Shown here piece by piece: positions 1-11,927 of a DNA stretch of 64,000 nucleotides. The stretch comes from Methanobacteriota archaeon. Its GTDB lineage: Archaea; Methanobacteriota; Methanobacteria; Methanobacteriales; Methanobacteriaceae. Under the pieces are notes generated by a model. That model did no database searches. It was not told the origin of the DNA and was given only the letters and a program-made list of their open reading frames with translations. A program made the position numbers and the translations under genes. How positions within the stretch are numbered: position 1 is the first letter of the stretch; each line of letters opens with the position of its first letter. The DNA is taken from assembly GCA_963787255.1 (NCBI GenBank), contig CAWBCJ010000029.1, forward strand, positions 480,001 through 544,000, given 5' to 3'.

Positions 1-199
1 GCAAAAGCTGCTAAAAATATAAAAAACATTATTAAAATAATTATTTTTTCGAAATTCATCTATATTTGCCTCTGGAGCAGATTTAGCGTGGATGTATATT
101 ATTGTAGACAGGATTATTATATTTATTTAATGTTTCTTTTACTAGACTAAAAATATAGAATTTATCTTTGAACGGATAAATTATTCAAAAATATTCTTT

Positions 200-604
200 T
201 TATTCAGGAATTACTGCAATTGCGTCTATTTCAATTAGAAAATCAGGATTAGCAAGTGAAGAAACAAAAACAACAGTTATTGCTGGAGGATTCCTTATTT
301 TGCCCATCATTTTTTGAGATGCTTCAAAAGCTGGCCGTGGATCATTTCCATGAACGATATAAATATTCAACTTAATCAAATTTTCAAATTTAGTTCCAGC
401 AGCTTCTAAAGCTATTTTTAAATTCTTTAAAACCTGTTCTGATTGCTTTTTAATATCATCTTTTCCAATAATTTCCCCATGGGCATTAATCGAATCCTGA
501 CCTCCAATATACGCGGTTTTCATGCCTCCGGGAACAATAATTACATTTGAAAATGCAGGATTTTTATTTAAACCATCAGGATTAATATATTGAACATTTT
601 TCAT
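200..604 (-). CDS. RidA/YjgF/YER057c/UK114 family protein
   Basis: 134 aa ORF with Rid motifs (YIGGQ, QSEQVLKNL, RNPPAIT, LIEIDAIAV). Confidence 0.9.
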   Translation of the reverse strand: MKNVQYINPDGLNKNPAFSNVIIVPGGMKTAYIGGQDSINAHGEIIGKDDIKKQSEQVLKNLKIALEAAGTKFENLIKLNIYIVHGNDPRPAFEASQKMMGKIRNPPAITVVFVSSLANPDFLIEIDAIAVIPE

Positions 605-619
605 ATTTTTATTTCCTTT

Positions 620-2330
620 TTAATCATCTACGGGGAATTTATTTGTTTTTCCATGAAAAAAGGCAGGAAGTGTAAAATAAAATGTAGAACCTTTACCGAA
701 CTCTGACTCCACCCATATACGCCCACCGTGACGTTCTACTATTCTTTTACTGATGGCTAAACCTATTCCTGCACCTTTATATTCGTCAATGGTGTGGAGC
801 CTCTTGAAAACTTCAAATATCTTATCGGTATATTTAGATTCCATCCCTATGCCGTTATCTGAAACTTTAAAAACATATTCATTGTTTTTTTCATCTAAAG
901 ATGCTGAAATGTGAATTTTGGGAGGTTCATCTGGTTTTTTAAATTTAATAGCATTTCCAATTAGGTTCTGGAATAATTGAACCAGAAGTCTTTTATCACC
1001 AAGGACAGTTGGAAGAGAATCATTGATGATTTCTGCATTATTTTCATCTATTGTACTTTTTAAATTGGAAATAGCATCATTGAGGGCTTTATTTACATCT
1101 GTTGGCCTAAATTCGGCACCTTTAGTTCCAATACGGGAATAATTGAGTAAACCCTGTATCATTTCTTTCATTCGCGTTGCAGCATCTACTACAAAGTCAA
1201 TATACTCATCGGCATCTTTATCAAGATTGCCTTTATATCTTTTTTCAAGAAGTTGCGTGAAACTTGCAATAGTACGAAGTGGTTCTTGCAAGTCATGAGA
1301 TGTTATATAAGCAAATTGTTGGAGTTCATAATTTGAACGTCTCAATTCTTCTATTGTTTCATGTAATTCTTCTTCTGCTTTTTTACGATCTGTTATATCT
1401 TCACATACGATGAAAATGACAATTTTTCCATCAGATCCTTTTACAGCACGTGCAGTTTCTCTTACCCACAATAGGCTGCCGTTTTTTCGAACTTTGCGCT
1501 GTTCCCATTGAAAAACTTGGCCCAAATTTTCTACACTGTGCTTCATATTTTGCGCTGCACTTTCCCTATCTTTTTCGTAAAATACATTTAATATAGATTT
1601 TCCAATCAATTCCGAAACACTATAACCAAGTTGTCCGGCTCCAAACCGATTTACAGATAGTATCATGTTTTCAGAATCCAAAGTAAAATACATGGAAGGA
1701 TTATCGTCATATAGAGCACGGTATTGGCGTTCACTTTCCCGCAAAGCTTCTTCAACTTTTTTACGCTCTGTAATGTCTCTTGCGATTACGGATATTCCTG
1801 TAATTTTTCTATCCTGATTTTTTATAGGTGATAAATTTACAGATACATATATTTCTTCACCATCTTTTTGGTGCCTTTTAGCCTCATAATGTACAATATT
1901 TTCCCCTTTTTTAATTTTATCTATGCTTTTGTATATATGTTCATACTGAGAAGGATTCAAGCAAAGAATGAGGTCCCTTTCCAATCATTTCTTCAGCAGA
2001 ATAGCCGTATACTTCTTCTGCACCTTTATTCCAGCTTGTGATAGTTCCATCAAGTGTTAAACTGATTATTCCATCATCTGATGATTCAACAATATTTGCC
2101 AATATATTTGCCTTTTCTTCAGCCTTTTTATGCTCTTCTATTTCTCTTTTCAAGTAATTATTTGACTTTTTAAGTTCATTCGCCCGTTCTTGAGCTTTTA
2201 ATTTTAACTTGGCATGTACTTTTTCTAATTCTTCTTTTTCTTTTAAAGCTTTCACAAGCAAAGATTGTGATGCATCAAATTCTTTGAGGGCTTTTTTAGC
2301 ATTTTTAAGTAATTCGTCCTCTTTTTCCAT
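620..2330 (-). CDS. Multi-PAS sensor histidine kinase, split by one frameshift near 1950-1985
   Basis: 1941..2330 gives a coiled coil and PAS start (IVESSDDGII..SWNKGAEEVYGYS); 620..1984 continues PAC/PAS, H-box SHDLQEPLR, N-box NLIGNAIKF, DNGIG, GIGLAI. Confidence 0.9.
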
Positions 2331-2521
2331 AATTTACCTTCTAAAGCTTTATTTTAGGGTATGTTTATTAGAATCAAGACAATCACGTAATACATGTTAA
2401 ATTAGGATATTAATTGCAAAAATAATGTTTTTAAGCCCATTAATGCATAAATCTACTAGTAGGCTATTTTGATTGTAATTAGTGTATATTTGAGCTGTAT
2501 TTTAGAAAAATATCAATGCAA

Positions 2522-3529
2522 TCAGGTTATGATGTTAATTGGAGCTTTACAGGTTGGACATTTACGTGTTTCTTTAAGCTTGTCATCCATAACTTCAAAC
2601 CCGTTTCTTTGTATAAGGACTTTTCCACATTCAGGACAAAGTGTACTTTCTTCACCGCCTGTAGAAACGTTTCCAATGTACACGTATTCCATTCCTGCTT
2701 CTTTAGCCATATTGTAGGCCCTTCTAAGAGATTCTACAGGGGTAGGTGGGAGCTGACCTAATTCATAGTATGGAAAAAATCTTGTAAAGTGTAAGGGAAC
2801 TTCTGTTCCTGTTTCTTCAACCATAAAGTCTATTAAAGCTTTAACATCTTCTTCAGAATCATTGTAATCGGGAATTAGTAGATTTGTTATTTCTATATGT
2901 ATTTTATTGTCATAAAATCGTTTAATATTGTCTAAAACCGGCTGAAGATTAGCTTGACATAGATCTCGATAGAATTTATCTGACATGCCCTTTAAATCAA
3001 TATTTGCAGCATCTAAATAAGGTTTAATAAGATTAAATGATTCTTCACTCATGTATCCATTTGTTACATATACTGTGGCTATATCTTCTTTTTTTGCAAG
3101 TTTTGCACAATCATAAGTGTATTCAAACCACATGGTTGGTTCGTTATAGGTCCAAGCAATTGACTTGCATCCATATTGTTTTGTAAGCCTTATTGCTTCT
3201 TCTGGAAGTATTTCTTGTGTTGGAATTTCTTCTAAATCTGCCTGGGAGATATTCCAGTTCTGGCAGTGCTTGCACCTAAAATTGCAGCCTACACTTCCAA
3301 GTGAAAAAACAGTTGAACCAGGGTAAAAATGGAAAAGAGGCTTTTTTTCTATGGGGTCAACAGCCACTGATGAAGCAGCAGCGTAGTTCAGTGCGCAAAT
3401 CTTATCTCCGATATTTTCTCTCATCCTGCAGAAACCAACATTTCCCTTTTTGATAATGCATCTTCTCTCACAAACCTTGCAGTTTAAGTTATCTCCGACT
3501 TTATCATATGTAAGGACTTCTTTTTTCAT
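2522..3529 (-). CDS. amrS: AmmeMemoRadiSam system radical SAM enzyme (PFL-activase-like)
   Basis: N-terminal CKVCERRC..GFC, DPIEKKPLFHFYPG, CNFRCKHCQN radical SAM motif, C-terminal CPEC/CPTC. Confidence 0.9.
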   Translation of the reverse strand: MKKEVLTYDKVGDNLNCKVCERRCIIKKGNVGFCRMRENIGDKICALNYAAASSVAVDPIEKKPLFHFYPGSTVFSLGSVGCNFRCKHCQNWNISQADLEEIPTQEILPEEAIRLTKQYGCKSIAWTYNEPTMWFEYTYDCAKLAKKEDIATVYVTNGYMSEESFNLIKPYLDAANIDLKGMSDKFYRDLCQANLQPVLDNIKRFYDNKIHIEITNLLIPDYNDSEEDVKALIDFMVEETGTEVPLHFTRFFPYYELGQLPPTPVESLRRAYNMAKEAGMEYVYIGNVSTGGEESTLCPECGKVLIQRNGFEVMDDKLKETRKCPTCKAPINIIT

Positions 3530-3769
3530 AATAAACCCTCTTTATAATTTAATAATAATATTTAAATATTGGATTTTGGAGTTTAATAGAGAATTAATAA
3601 ATAATATTAATTCTGTAAAATTTATTATGTATTTTTTTTGTTTTACTTGATATAAAAATAATTAGATAGTTAATAAAACAACACATTCATCTTTATTATC
3701 TGGTTCTTATAATATTATATGCTTTGAATTCTGTATTTAGCTATTTTAAGGTCGTTTTTTGATGGAATA

Positions 3770-3925
3770 AGCGTGATTCGTTAAATTTGCTCCAAATTTA
3801 GATAATTTAGCGCTTCATTTGTCATGAGCGAACAACTATTTATACGCTGAAAATAAATTATTAATGTTGGTATTCGAGTCCATTTCAACCTCAAATTTCG
3901 GATGCCAACGTTAATTCTTATTTTA
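3770..3925 (+). ncRNA. Candidate structured small RNA (unannotated)
   Basis: 19-bp uninterrupted stem 3860-3878/3897-3915 whose four non-Watson-Crick pairs are all G.U on the + strand, two further hairpins, T-rich 3' end. Confidence 0.45.
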
Positions 3926-3976
3926 ATTGAATTTAAGTACTGGTGAATTGTTTTAAAATATAACAAAATAATAAAA

Positions 3977-5001
3977 TTATCTAGTCAAATGTTCATAACC
4001 ACGAGGCTTTAATATTTCTTCGGCCCCATTTTTGCAAACTAAAATCATTTTACCTGAAGAAGTAACTTCCCCTATTTTATGGAGCGGAATTTCAGCACTA
4101 ATTTGTTCAAAAGTATCTTTTTTAACAGTTAAAAGAAGTTCAAAATCTTCGCCGTAATATAATGCAAATTCTAAGGGATTTTTAAATACCTTTCGAGCTA
4201 CTTCAAGCACTGCATCATTTATAGGGATACATTCTTCATAAATAGTTATTCCAATATTATTACTGCTTGCATTAATTAATTCTCCAATCTCACTTGCAAG
4301 ACCGTCAGTTATGTCAGTAGCCGATGTTACAAACCCACTTTTTGCAAGTAAAAATCCTTCTTTCGATCTAGCTTCTGGATTCAGAGCATGTTTTAGTATA
4401 AGATTTTCGTAATTTTCATCTAAATCTTTAAATTCAAGTTCAGGGTTAAATAAGGTTTCAAAGCCTGCAGCTGCTAGCCCAAGAGTGCCCGTAACAGCAA
4501 CAATGTCACCAGGGGATGCACCATCTTTCATTAGAACTTCCTCTTTTCCTACAATTCCTAAACAAGTTCCGGATATGGTTAATTCTCGAGATTCGTTTGT
4601 ATCCCCGCCAATTAACATCATTTCATATTTGGAGCATCCCTTTAAAATTCCATCAATTAGCTTGTCAAAATCATCCAAGGGCATTTCTTTAGGTAAACCA
4701 ACGGCAATGATAATTCCTATAGGTTTAGATCCCATTGCAGCTAAATCACTCACATTTACGGTTACAACTTTTTCTCCCATCTGATCAGGGGTCATTTCTG
4801 GGGGAAAATGAGCAGATTTAAATAAAATGTCTGAAGTAGCAACTAGATACTTATCTCCAAAATTAATGAGCGCCGCATCGTCATTTAAGCTTTTAATCCC
4901 TAAATTATCAAAAAAGAAGAATTAATTATCTTTGAACTGCTTTTTTTTAAAATACGCTTTATCAGTTCTTTTTCCCCAATATCTGAAACTTTAGGGACCA
5001 T
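3977..5001 (-). CDS. thiL: Thiamine-monophosphate kinase (N-terminus frameshifted in homopolymer region ~4940)
   Basis: ATG at 5001 gives MVPKVSDIGEKELIKRI; then NDDAAL, HFP, NVSDLAAMG, IGGDT, TDITDGL, GEDFELL motifs. Confidence 0.92.
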
Positions 5002-5042
5002 TTTTATAACCGTTTATTTTATTTAATTAAAAAAAAGGAATG

Positions 5043-5480
5043 TTAGAGGGCGCCTGCCACTCTGTCGCTTATTATCTCCACGAGTCTTGCATCGGCACCA
5101 AGAGGTTCGGTATAGATAATTTCGCCTTCAAATTCAATTTCTTCAGTTTCTTCTTCGTGATGGCTGTGACCGTGTCCATGTTCGTGGCTGTCATCCAAAC
5201 CAAGGATATGTGGAATATCCTGTTTTGTGTGAACACCATGAGCTAAAAAGACAGGTGTTACAATTATCTTTTGGACACCCTGCTTTGCAAGCATGTTTAT
5301 TGCCGCAGGTATTGAAGGTTTGGACATGTTCATAAATCCTACCTCAACAAGATAATCAGAATTTTGTTTATACATTTCACCGAGCTTGCTTACAACATCT
5401 TTCCCGTAAGGGAGCCTGCTTCCATGCCCTACAAGTACTACGCCTATTTTAGCAGTTTTTAAGTCTGAATTTGTATCCAT
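5043..5480 (-). CDS. cfbA: Sirohydrochlorin nickel/cobalt chelatase (CbiXS type; F430 pathway)
   Basis: LVGHGSR, PVFLAHGVHTKQDIP, His-rich loop, YTEPLGAD. Confidence 0.88.
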   Translation of the reverse strand: MDTNSDLKTAKIGVVLVGHGSRLPYGKDVVSKLGEMYKQNSDYLVEVGFMNMSKPSIPAAINMLAKQGVQKIIVTPVFLAHGVHTKQDIPHILGLDDSHEHGHGHSHHEEETEEIEFEGEIIYTEPLGADARLVEIISDRVAGAL

Positions 5481-5849
5481 ATGATATCACTCCATCATCG
5501 CCTTCTTCTTTAATTCTTCTAAAGACCATTTCGACTTCATCGCCTATATTAACGTCTTCTACTTTACAATCAACTATTTGGGTTGTTAGTTTTGCCCCTT
5601 CTTCGAGTTCAACTATTGCCACCACATAAGGTGCAATTGTTTTAAACTCGTCTGTAGGGGTGTTTATAACAGAGTAAGTGTGGATTTTTCCCTCTCCTTT
5701 AAGTTGAATATCTTCTAATTTACCTTTCTTCGGCATTCTGGGCATAATACTCTTTTTGGGAAAAATACAGTTCCGCATTGTGAACATTTTGAGCCGATAA
5801 GACTGTAACGCTGTGGTATATGGCGCCAAGCTCTTACTATATCTTTCAT
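5449..5849 (-). CDS. DUF35 Zn-ribbon/OB-fold protein (frameshift ~5725)
   Basis: ATG 5849 reads MKDIVRAWRHIPQRYSLIGSKCSQCGTVFFPKRVLCPECRR, then shifts to GKLEDIQLKGEGKIHTYSVI..APYVVAIVELEEG..ISYGYKFR. Confidence 0.88.
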
Positions 5850-6120
5850 TTAATTTTCTCCTCCATTCCAACCAACTTTTTGAAACTATTATTAGCCTTT
5901 AAAAGATTGGTAATTTAATTATAAAATTAAACTTATAAATTTTAGATGTTTATTACGATATATTTATAAATATCTATTTTGCATAGTTAGTTTTTCATAT
6001 AATTAAATTCTTTGATTTAAAATCATAAAATCTATTAATTTTTCCAACATATTAAAAAAAATTATGATACTTTTAAAAAAATAAGTAAAATAACCTTAAC
6101 TGCCCGAAATATTTCGAAGA

Positions 6121-8994
6121 TTATTCCATGTAGATAGCGGGTTTATAAGGTATTGCATTTCTGGATTTATTTTGCGGATCATAGATGGGTTCTTCATATA
6201 CAACCACTTCAGCACCCAACTCCCTTGATAAGAAATCCAAAGAATCATTAATTATAGAATATTCATCAATTTTACCTACATATTTGATCCTAGTTATTTC
6301 TCTTGATATTTTCTTTGCAAATTCAGCGATTTCTTTTTTATTATCATGAATGTTCTGCTTTATAGATTCACCCATTATACGACCTATATCTGGCCTTCCT
6401 ATTTCTTTTGCAATTTCAAATACATCCCATTTCCATGGAGAAGCAAGATAAATATGTATTTTATCTGGCTGGGTGTCATTTTCTTTATCTCATTTATGTC
6501 ATTTACAAGGCCCTGCACAATTTCTTCAGCCTTTTGAACCTTTTCATCTATTAATTCCGTATTATATTCTGGCCATGGTGCGTTTGATACAAATCCTTCC
6601 CCATCAATATTGTTCCACATTTCTTCTGAGATATGTGGAATGAATCGGTGCCATCAGACGTATCCATCTACTTAAAATATAGATCAGAGTATTTGAAATT
6701 TCTTCTCTTGCATCATCATCTTCTAATTCATATTCTATTCTGTGGAGATAGTGATCAATATCTTTTTTAAACAGGAATAAAGCTTCCTGAAGTGCCTTTC
6801 TTGTTTGGAATCCTTCAAGTGCTTCTGTTGCATCTTTAATTCGCATGTTGACCTGGCTTAAAATCCATGCATTTATGGATTTTTTAACTTCACCAAGTTC
6901 GAACAATTTTAAAGATACTGGAAATCCTTTAATCTCTGCTATGCGGTCAGTAAATTCCTGGAACCATTCAAGACGTCTCTTAATCCCTTTTACTTCTTTT
7001 TCTCTCCAATCAAAGTCTTGCCATGGTTCGGCTGAGGACATCAAAAAGAGTCTTACAACATCTGCTCCGTGGGTTTCAATGGCATCTTCAAGAAGAATAA
7101 CATTTCCCTTTGAAGAAGACATTTTATGACCTTCCAGCAGACCCATTCCAAATACTACAACACCTTTTGGCCATTTATCTTTAGGAAATATGGCAGAATG
7201 GTGAAAAATGTGGAATGAAAGGTGATTTCCAACAAGGTCCTTGGCTGAAAGCCTCCAGTTTAGAGGGTACCAATAATTAAATTCATTTTTAATATCATGG
7301 AATATTTCATCATCTATATTTCCTGAATACTTCGCTCCGTCTAAATAAACGTCATCAAAGAAAGTATCATCAAGATCATCTGCATTAAGGTCTTTCATAT
7401 ACTTTGCAATTGCATAGTAAGCCATGTAAATTGTTGAATCGCTTAATGGTTCTATTAACCATTGTTTATCCCAGGGAAGCTTTGTTCCAAGACCTATTCT
7501 TCTTGAACATGCCCAATCTTCCAGCCAGCCGATATAATATTCAAAATTTGCCCTTACTTCTTCGGGAATTACTTTTTCCTGTTCAAGACATTCTCTTGCA
7601 AGTTTTTTCCATTCTTCATTAGAATATTTAAGGAACCACTGATCTTCAAGAATCTTTACAACTGCTTTGGTCCCACATCTGCATATTACTGGTCTTTCCG
7701 CAAAATCGTGCATCACATCTCCTTTATGGGAAGCAAGAATATTTTCAATAATCTGATCCCTTGCTTTCTGCACTGATAATCCTTTATATCCTCCGATATG
7801 TTCGGACATAACTCCTTTTGCATGTTCCAGCTTATAAAGTTCATTGGTTGCATCCTTAAGTTTAGGATCCTCCTGGTTCTGCACTCCAAATTTTTCAATA
7901 ATTTCTGCTGCAGGGAATTCTCCAAACCCCTTAAGGGTTACAACATTAATTGGCTGGATTTCAAGTACCTTTTCTTTAACATTGTACTTTTGGAGAAGTT
8001 CTTCATTTTCTTTAAGGTCACAAAGTGCAATGTAATCAGCTGGAGCATGTGCAGGCACTGAATAAACTACACCAGTTGCATATTCTGGATCTACAAATGA
8101 TGCAGGGAGTATTATATGTTTTTCATCTGTTAATGGGTTTTTTACATATTTACCTATCATTTCTGGAGCATCTACTTCTCCAATTACTTTAATATCCTTT
8201 TTTTGATGAACAAGATTATCGTAAGCTTTTTTACTTATTATCCAGTTTTCACCACTCATATCTACCTTTATATACTCTTCATCGGGATTTATCCAGAGAT
8301 TTGTAGCACCAAACAGCGTTTCTGGACGGAATGTGGCTGCTACAAAGTAATCACCATCTATTTCAAATTTAACTACTGTTAATTCGTTAATTCCAACACC
8401 TTCACCTTCTAGAAGGTCGTGATCACCCACAGGATTTTCACATCCTGGACAGTATTTTACTGGATGCTCACCTTTACTTACTAAACCCTTGCTTTTAAGC
8501 TTTCTAAACTGCCATTCGATAAATTTTTGATAATGGGCATCTGTAGTTCTAAATTCACGTCTCCAGTCAATTGAATAACCCATATTTTGCATTACATTAT
8601 GATATTCACTACTGAAATATTTTACAATGTATTCAGGGTCTGTAAATTCGTTAAGCTGATCTTCAGGAACTTTATGGATGTTTTTATAGATATCCAGTGT
8701 CCAGGGATCCTTTCTAGCTATTCTCTTAGCGATTCCGATTACAGGTGCACCTGTCACATGCCATCCCATTGGAAAAAGCACGTTGTATCCCTGCATTCTT
8801 TTAAAACGTGCATATACATCAGGTACTGTGTAAGTTCTACCGTGTCCTATGTGCATGGCACCACTTGGATAAGGGTAAGCTACTGTTAAAAACATTTTTT
8901 CCCTATTATCTGGGTCAGATTCAAATAGTTTTGAATCTTGCCATTTCTTCTGCCATTTCTTCTCTACATTATGATTTGTCAAATTAATCACCAT
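6121..8994 (-). CDS. leuS: Leucine--tRNA ligase, archaeal type (two frameshifts ~6647 and ~6476; true start may be TTG 8982)
   Basis: [19 protein letters not shown] editing domain, KMSSSKGN; fragments 6399..6620 and 6121..6375 supply the C-terminus ending [11 protein letters not shown]. Confidence 0.96.
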
Positions 8995-9020
8995 TAAAAT
9001 CAGTATAACCTTTAAATCTT

Positions 9021-9335
9021 TTATCCGCTCATCTCACTATCTAAATAGTCCAAGTAATCTTTAGATCCCTCTATTATTGGAATTGCCAGAATAGCGGGAG
9101 TTTCGTAACTGTGAATTTCTTTAACCATTTTTATAATTTTATCTATTTTTTCCGCTTTAGTTTTTGCAATAAGAAGTGACTCCTCATCAGCCTCTATTTT
9201 ACCTTTCCAAAGATAAATTGATTCAATGGAAGGTATGATATTTACACACGCAACTAATTTTTCTTCAACAAGTTTTTTCCCTATTTTTTTTGATTCTTCT
9301 TTACTTGATGTTGTTATATAAACAAAAGCGTACAT
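9021..9335 (-). CDS. cutA: Divalent-cation tolerance protein CutA
   Basis: [22 protein letters not shown]. Confidence 0.95.
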   Translation of the reverse strand: MYAFVYITTSSKEESKKIGKKLVEEKLVACVNIIPSIESIYLWKGKIEADEESLLIAKTKAEKIDKIIKMVKEIHSYETPAILAIPIIEGSKDYLDYLDSEMSG

Positions 9336-9356
9336 AAAAATTCTCCTTTTTATAAA

Positions 9357-10148
9357 TTACCTTATTTCTGCAATATAAGGTGAAGATAACTTGTGTTTTG
9401 ATGATTCCATCATTTTCTTAATCCTTAACACTTCTTCATCTGCAATTTCAAGGCATTCTGCAACTTCGTGAGTACTTAATTCCTTGTCCATCAGGAGATA
9501 TAGTATTTTATCTAAAGATTCGTATTTTATACCTAATTCTTCTTCGTCTGTTTGGCCTGCCCATAAACCAGCTGTAGGTGCTTTATCAATAATATTTTTT
9601 GGAACTCCGAGATAAGCCGCTACTTCTCTTACTTCTGTCTTGTAAAGGTCTCCTATTGGTAAAATATCAACCCCACCGTCGCCGTATTTTGTAAAATATC
9701 CTACAAGTAGCTCTGTTCTGTTACCGGTTCCGGCTACTATGTGTTTCATTGCGTTGGAATGATAGTAGAGAATCATCATTCTTATTCTTGCCTTTAAATT
9801 CCCATTTGCTAAATCGCTCTTGCTGCATTCAGGACATATTTGTGGGAATGGTTTTATGAGTTCATCAATATGCAAAATCTTGTATTTTATTTTTAATTCT
9901 TCAGCTACTTTAATTGCATCTTTTATATCTTCAGGAGGGGTGCTTTCACTTGGAAGTATAAGTCCGAGTATTTTATCATTTTGAACTGCTTTTGCACAAA
10001 GATAAGCTACTACTGAAGAATCTATGCCTCCACTTAACCCAATAACAAGTCCTTTTGATTTTGATTCGCTTAATTTATCCTGGATAAAATTGCTTATATT
10101 TTCTACTGTTTTTTGCATATCTAATCTTGAAATAATTCTATTTTGCAT
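9357..10148 (-). CDS. nadE: NH3-dependent NAD+ synthetase
   Basis: GLSGGIDS, GNLKARIRM, GYFTKYGDG, KAPTAGLWAGQTDEEELG. Confidence 0.96.
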   Translation of the reverse strand: MQNRIISRLDMQKTVENISNFIQDKLSESKSKGLVIGLSGGIDSSVVAYLCAKAVQNDKILGLILPSESTPPEDIKDAIKVAEELKIKYKILHIDELIKPFPQICPECSKSDLANGNLKARIRMMILYYHSNAMKHIVAGTGNRTELLVGYFTKYGDGGVDILPIGDLYKTEVREVAAYLGVPKNIIDKAPTAGLWAGQTDEEELGIKYESLDKILYLLMDKELSTHEVAECLEIADEEVLRIKKMMESSKHKLSSPYIAEIR

Positions 10149-10362
10149 TTTAATCACTGTGATTTCTTCATTAAAAATAATCTACATAGAATTGATCCTT
10201 ATTTTTTTATATTATACATTTAATTAGGGAAAGTTAATGAAATTTTGTATATAAAAATCAATTAATGGCATCATACATGTATTATATTTTATTATATTCA
10301 TTTTAGATTCTAAAATTGAAATAATATAATCCAAATAAATATATTTAATAGTCTACAATTAT

Positions 10363-10490
10363 GCTCATTATTATTTATGTTATGCAACTAATTAATTACA
10401 TAATGTCTAGCACTTGGACAAGTAATATGTTGAAGATTATCTAATGCAATTTTATGCATCTGGAGATATAATGAGCGATATTTTATTTTT
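10363..10490 (+). ncRNA. Candidate multibranch small RNA in nadE / TrkA-C intergenic region
   Basis: Closing stem GCTCATTAT(10363-71)/ATAATGAGC(10468-76) encloses three hairpins; TATA-like TATTTAATA ~10342 upstream; T-tract at 10481-10490. Confidence 0.3.
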
Positions 10491-10564
10491 GAATATTATG
10501 AAAAGGTTTTTAAAAGTCTTTATAATATAGAATAATAGACTTGTCTAAAAATGGAGGATGAAAG

Positions 10565-11173
10565 GTGTCAAAGAGTATTAAAGACATATTAATTGAAATG
10601 AAAAACATGTCAGAATTAATGGTAGATTTATCCTATTCTGCACTGCTTTTTAACAGTATAGACGCTGCAGAAGAAGTTGAAAAGCTTGAAAACAAAATAA
10701 ACAGACTTAATTATCAAATAAAGCGAGAATCTCTACTTGCAGCAAGAACAGTTGAAGACGCTGAAAAATTAACTGCCCTTCTTGAAGTAGGTGAAGCCAC
10801 AGAAACAATAGCAGATTCAGCAAAAGACATTGCAGATCTAGTTTTAGAAGGTATGAGACCGCATCCTGTATTTAAAATGGTTATAGAAGAATCTGACGAA
10901 ATGATAAAAAGATTTATGATATCTAAAGGATTCGAATTAGCAGGAAAATCATTAGGAGAGCTTCTACTTGCTACAAGGACTGGAATGACTGTAATTGCAA
11001 TAAGGAGAAATGAATCATGGATTTATGGGCCTGATAAAAATACCGTACTTGCAGCAGATGATATTTTAATAGCCAAAGGGAATGAAACTGGCGCGACTCT
11101 ACTTGAAAAGCTCGCTAAAAATGAAATTACTCTTGAAGAATGTCTTGAATATGAAGAATTTGTTGAAGATTAA
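10565..11173 (+). CDS. PhoU + TrkA-C (RCK_C) domain protein
   Basis: [18 protein letters not shown] PhoU-like N-terminus; [39 protein letters not shown]. Confidence 0.85.
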   Translation: MSKSIKDILIEMKNMSELMVDLSYSALLFNSIDAAEEVEKLENKINRLNYQIKRESLLAARTVEDAEKLTALLEVGEATETIADSAKDIADLVLEGMRPHPVFKMVIEESDEMIKRFMISKGFELAGKSLGELLLATRTGMTVIAIRRNESWIYGPDKNTVLAADDILIAKGNETGATLLEKLAKNEITLEECLEYEEFVED

Positions 11174-11359
11174 ATATTTCAAAGTTTATTTACAATTATG
11201 GGTTTTTTTTGCTTAATTATTTGTTTTTAATAATTTTTAGAAATTACTAAATCAAGTGTAATAACTTAGAAAAATACCCATTTTTTAATAAATTTTTGGT
11301 AATATTCCCAAACTTTTATAAGTAATAGGGGTATATCTTATTTTATATTATCATAAAAG

Positions 11360-11824
<465 letters not shown>

Positions 11825-11927
11825 ATAGAAATGTCAACGAGTAAACTACTTAATTATAATAATCATTTGAATGGCTTATTTGAAAAATATCAGTGTAAAT
11901 TAGCTGATATGATTTTAAGGTGGTTAT

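Noticed and set aside
1-59. Possible start of a minus-strand membrane gene (MNFEK/IIILIMFFIFLAAF) with GAGG RBS
   Set aside because: Needs a frameshift and runs off the window edge; too little sequence to support
3781-3966. 61-aa minus-strand ORF
   Set aside because: TTG start, no RBS or motif; the region is better explained by RNA structure
5140-5200. His-rich tract in cfbA
   Set aside because: Known feature of CbiX/CfbA chelatases
6121-6660. Split LeuRS or programmed frameshifting in leuS (also truD, thiL)
   Set aside because: No consistent slippery site or stimulatory structure; indels are window-wide, so assembly error is more likely
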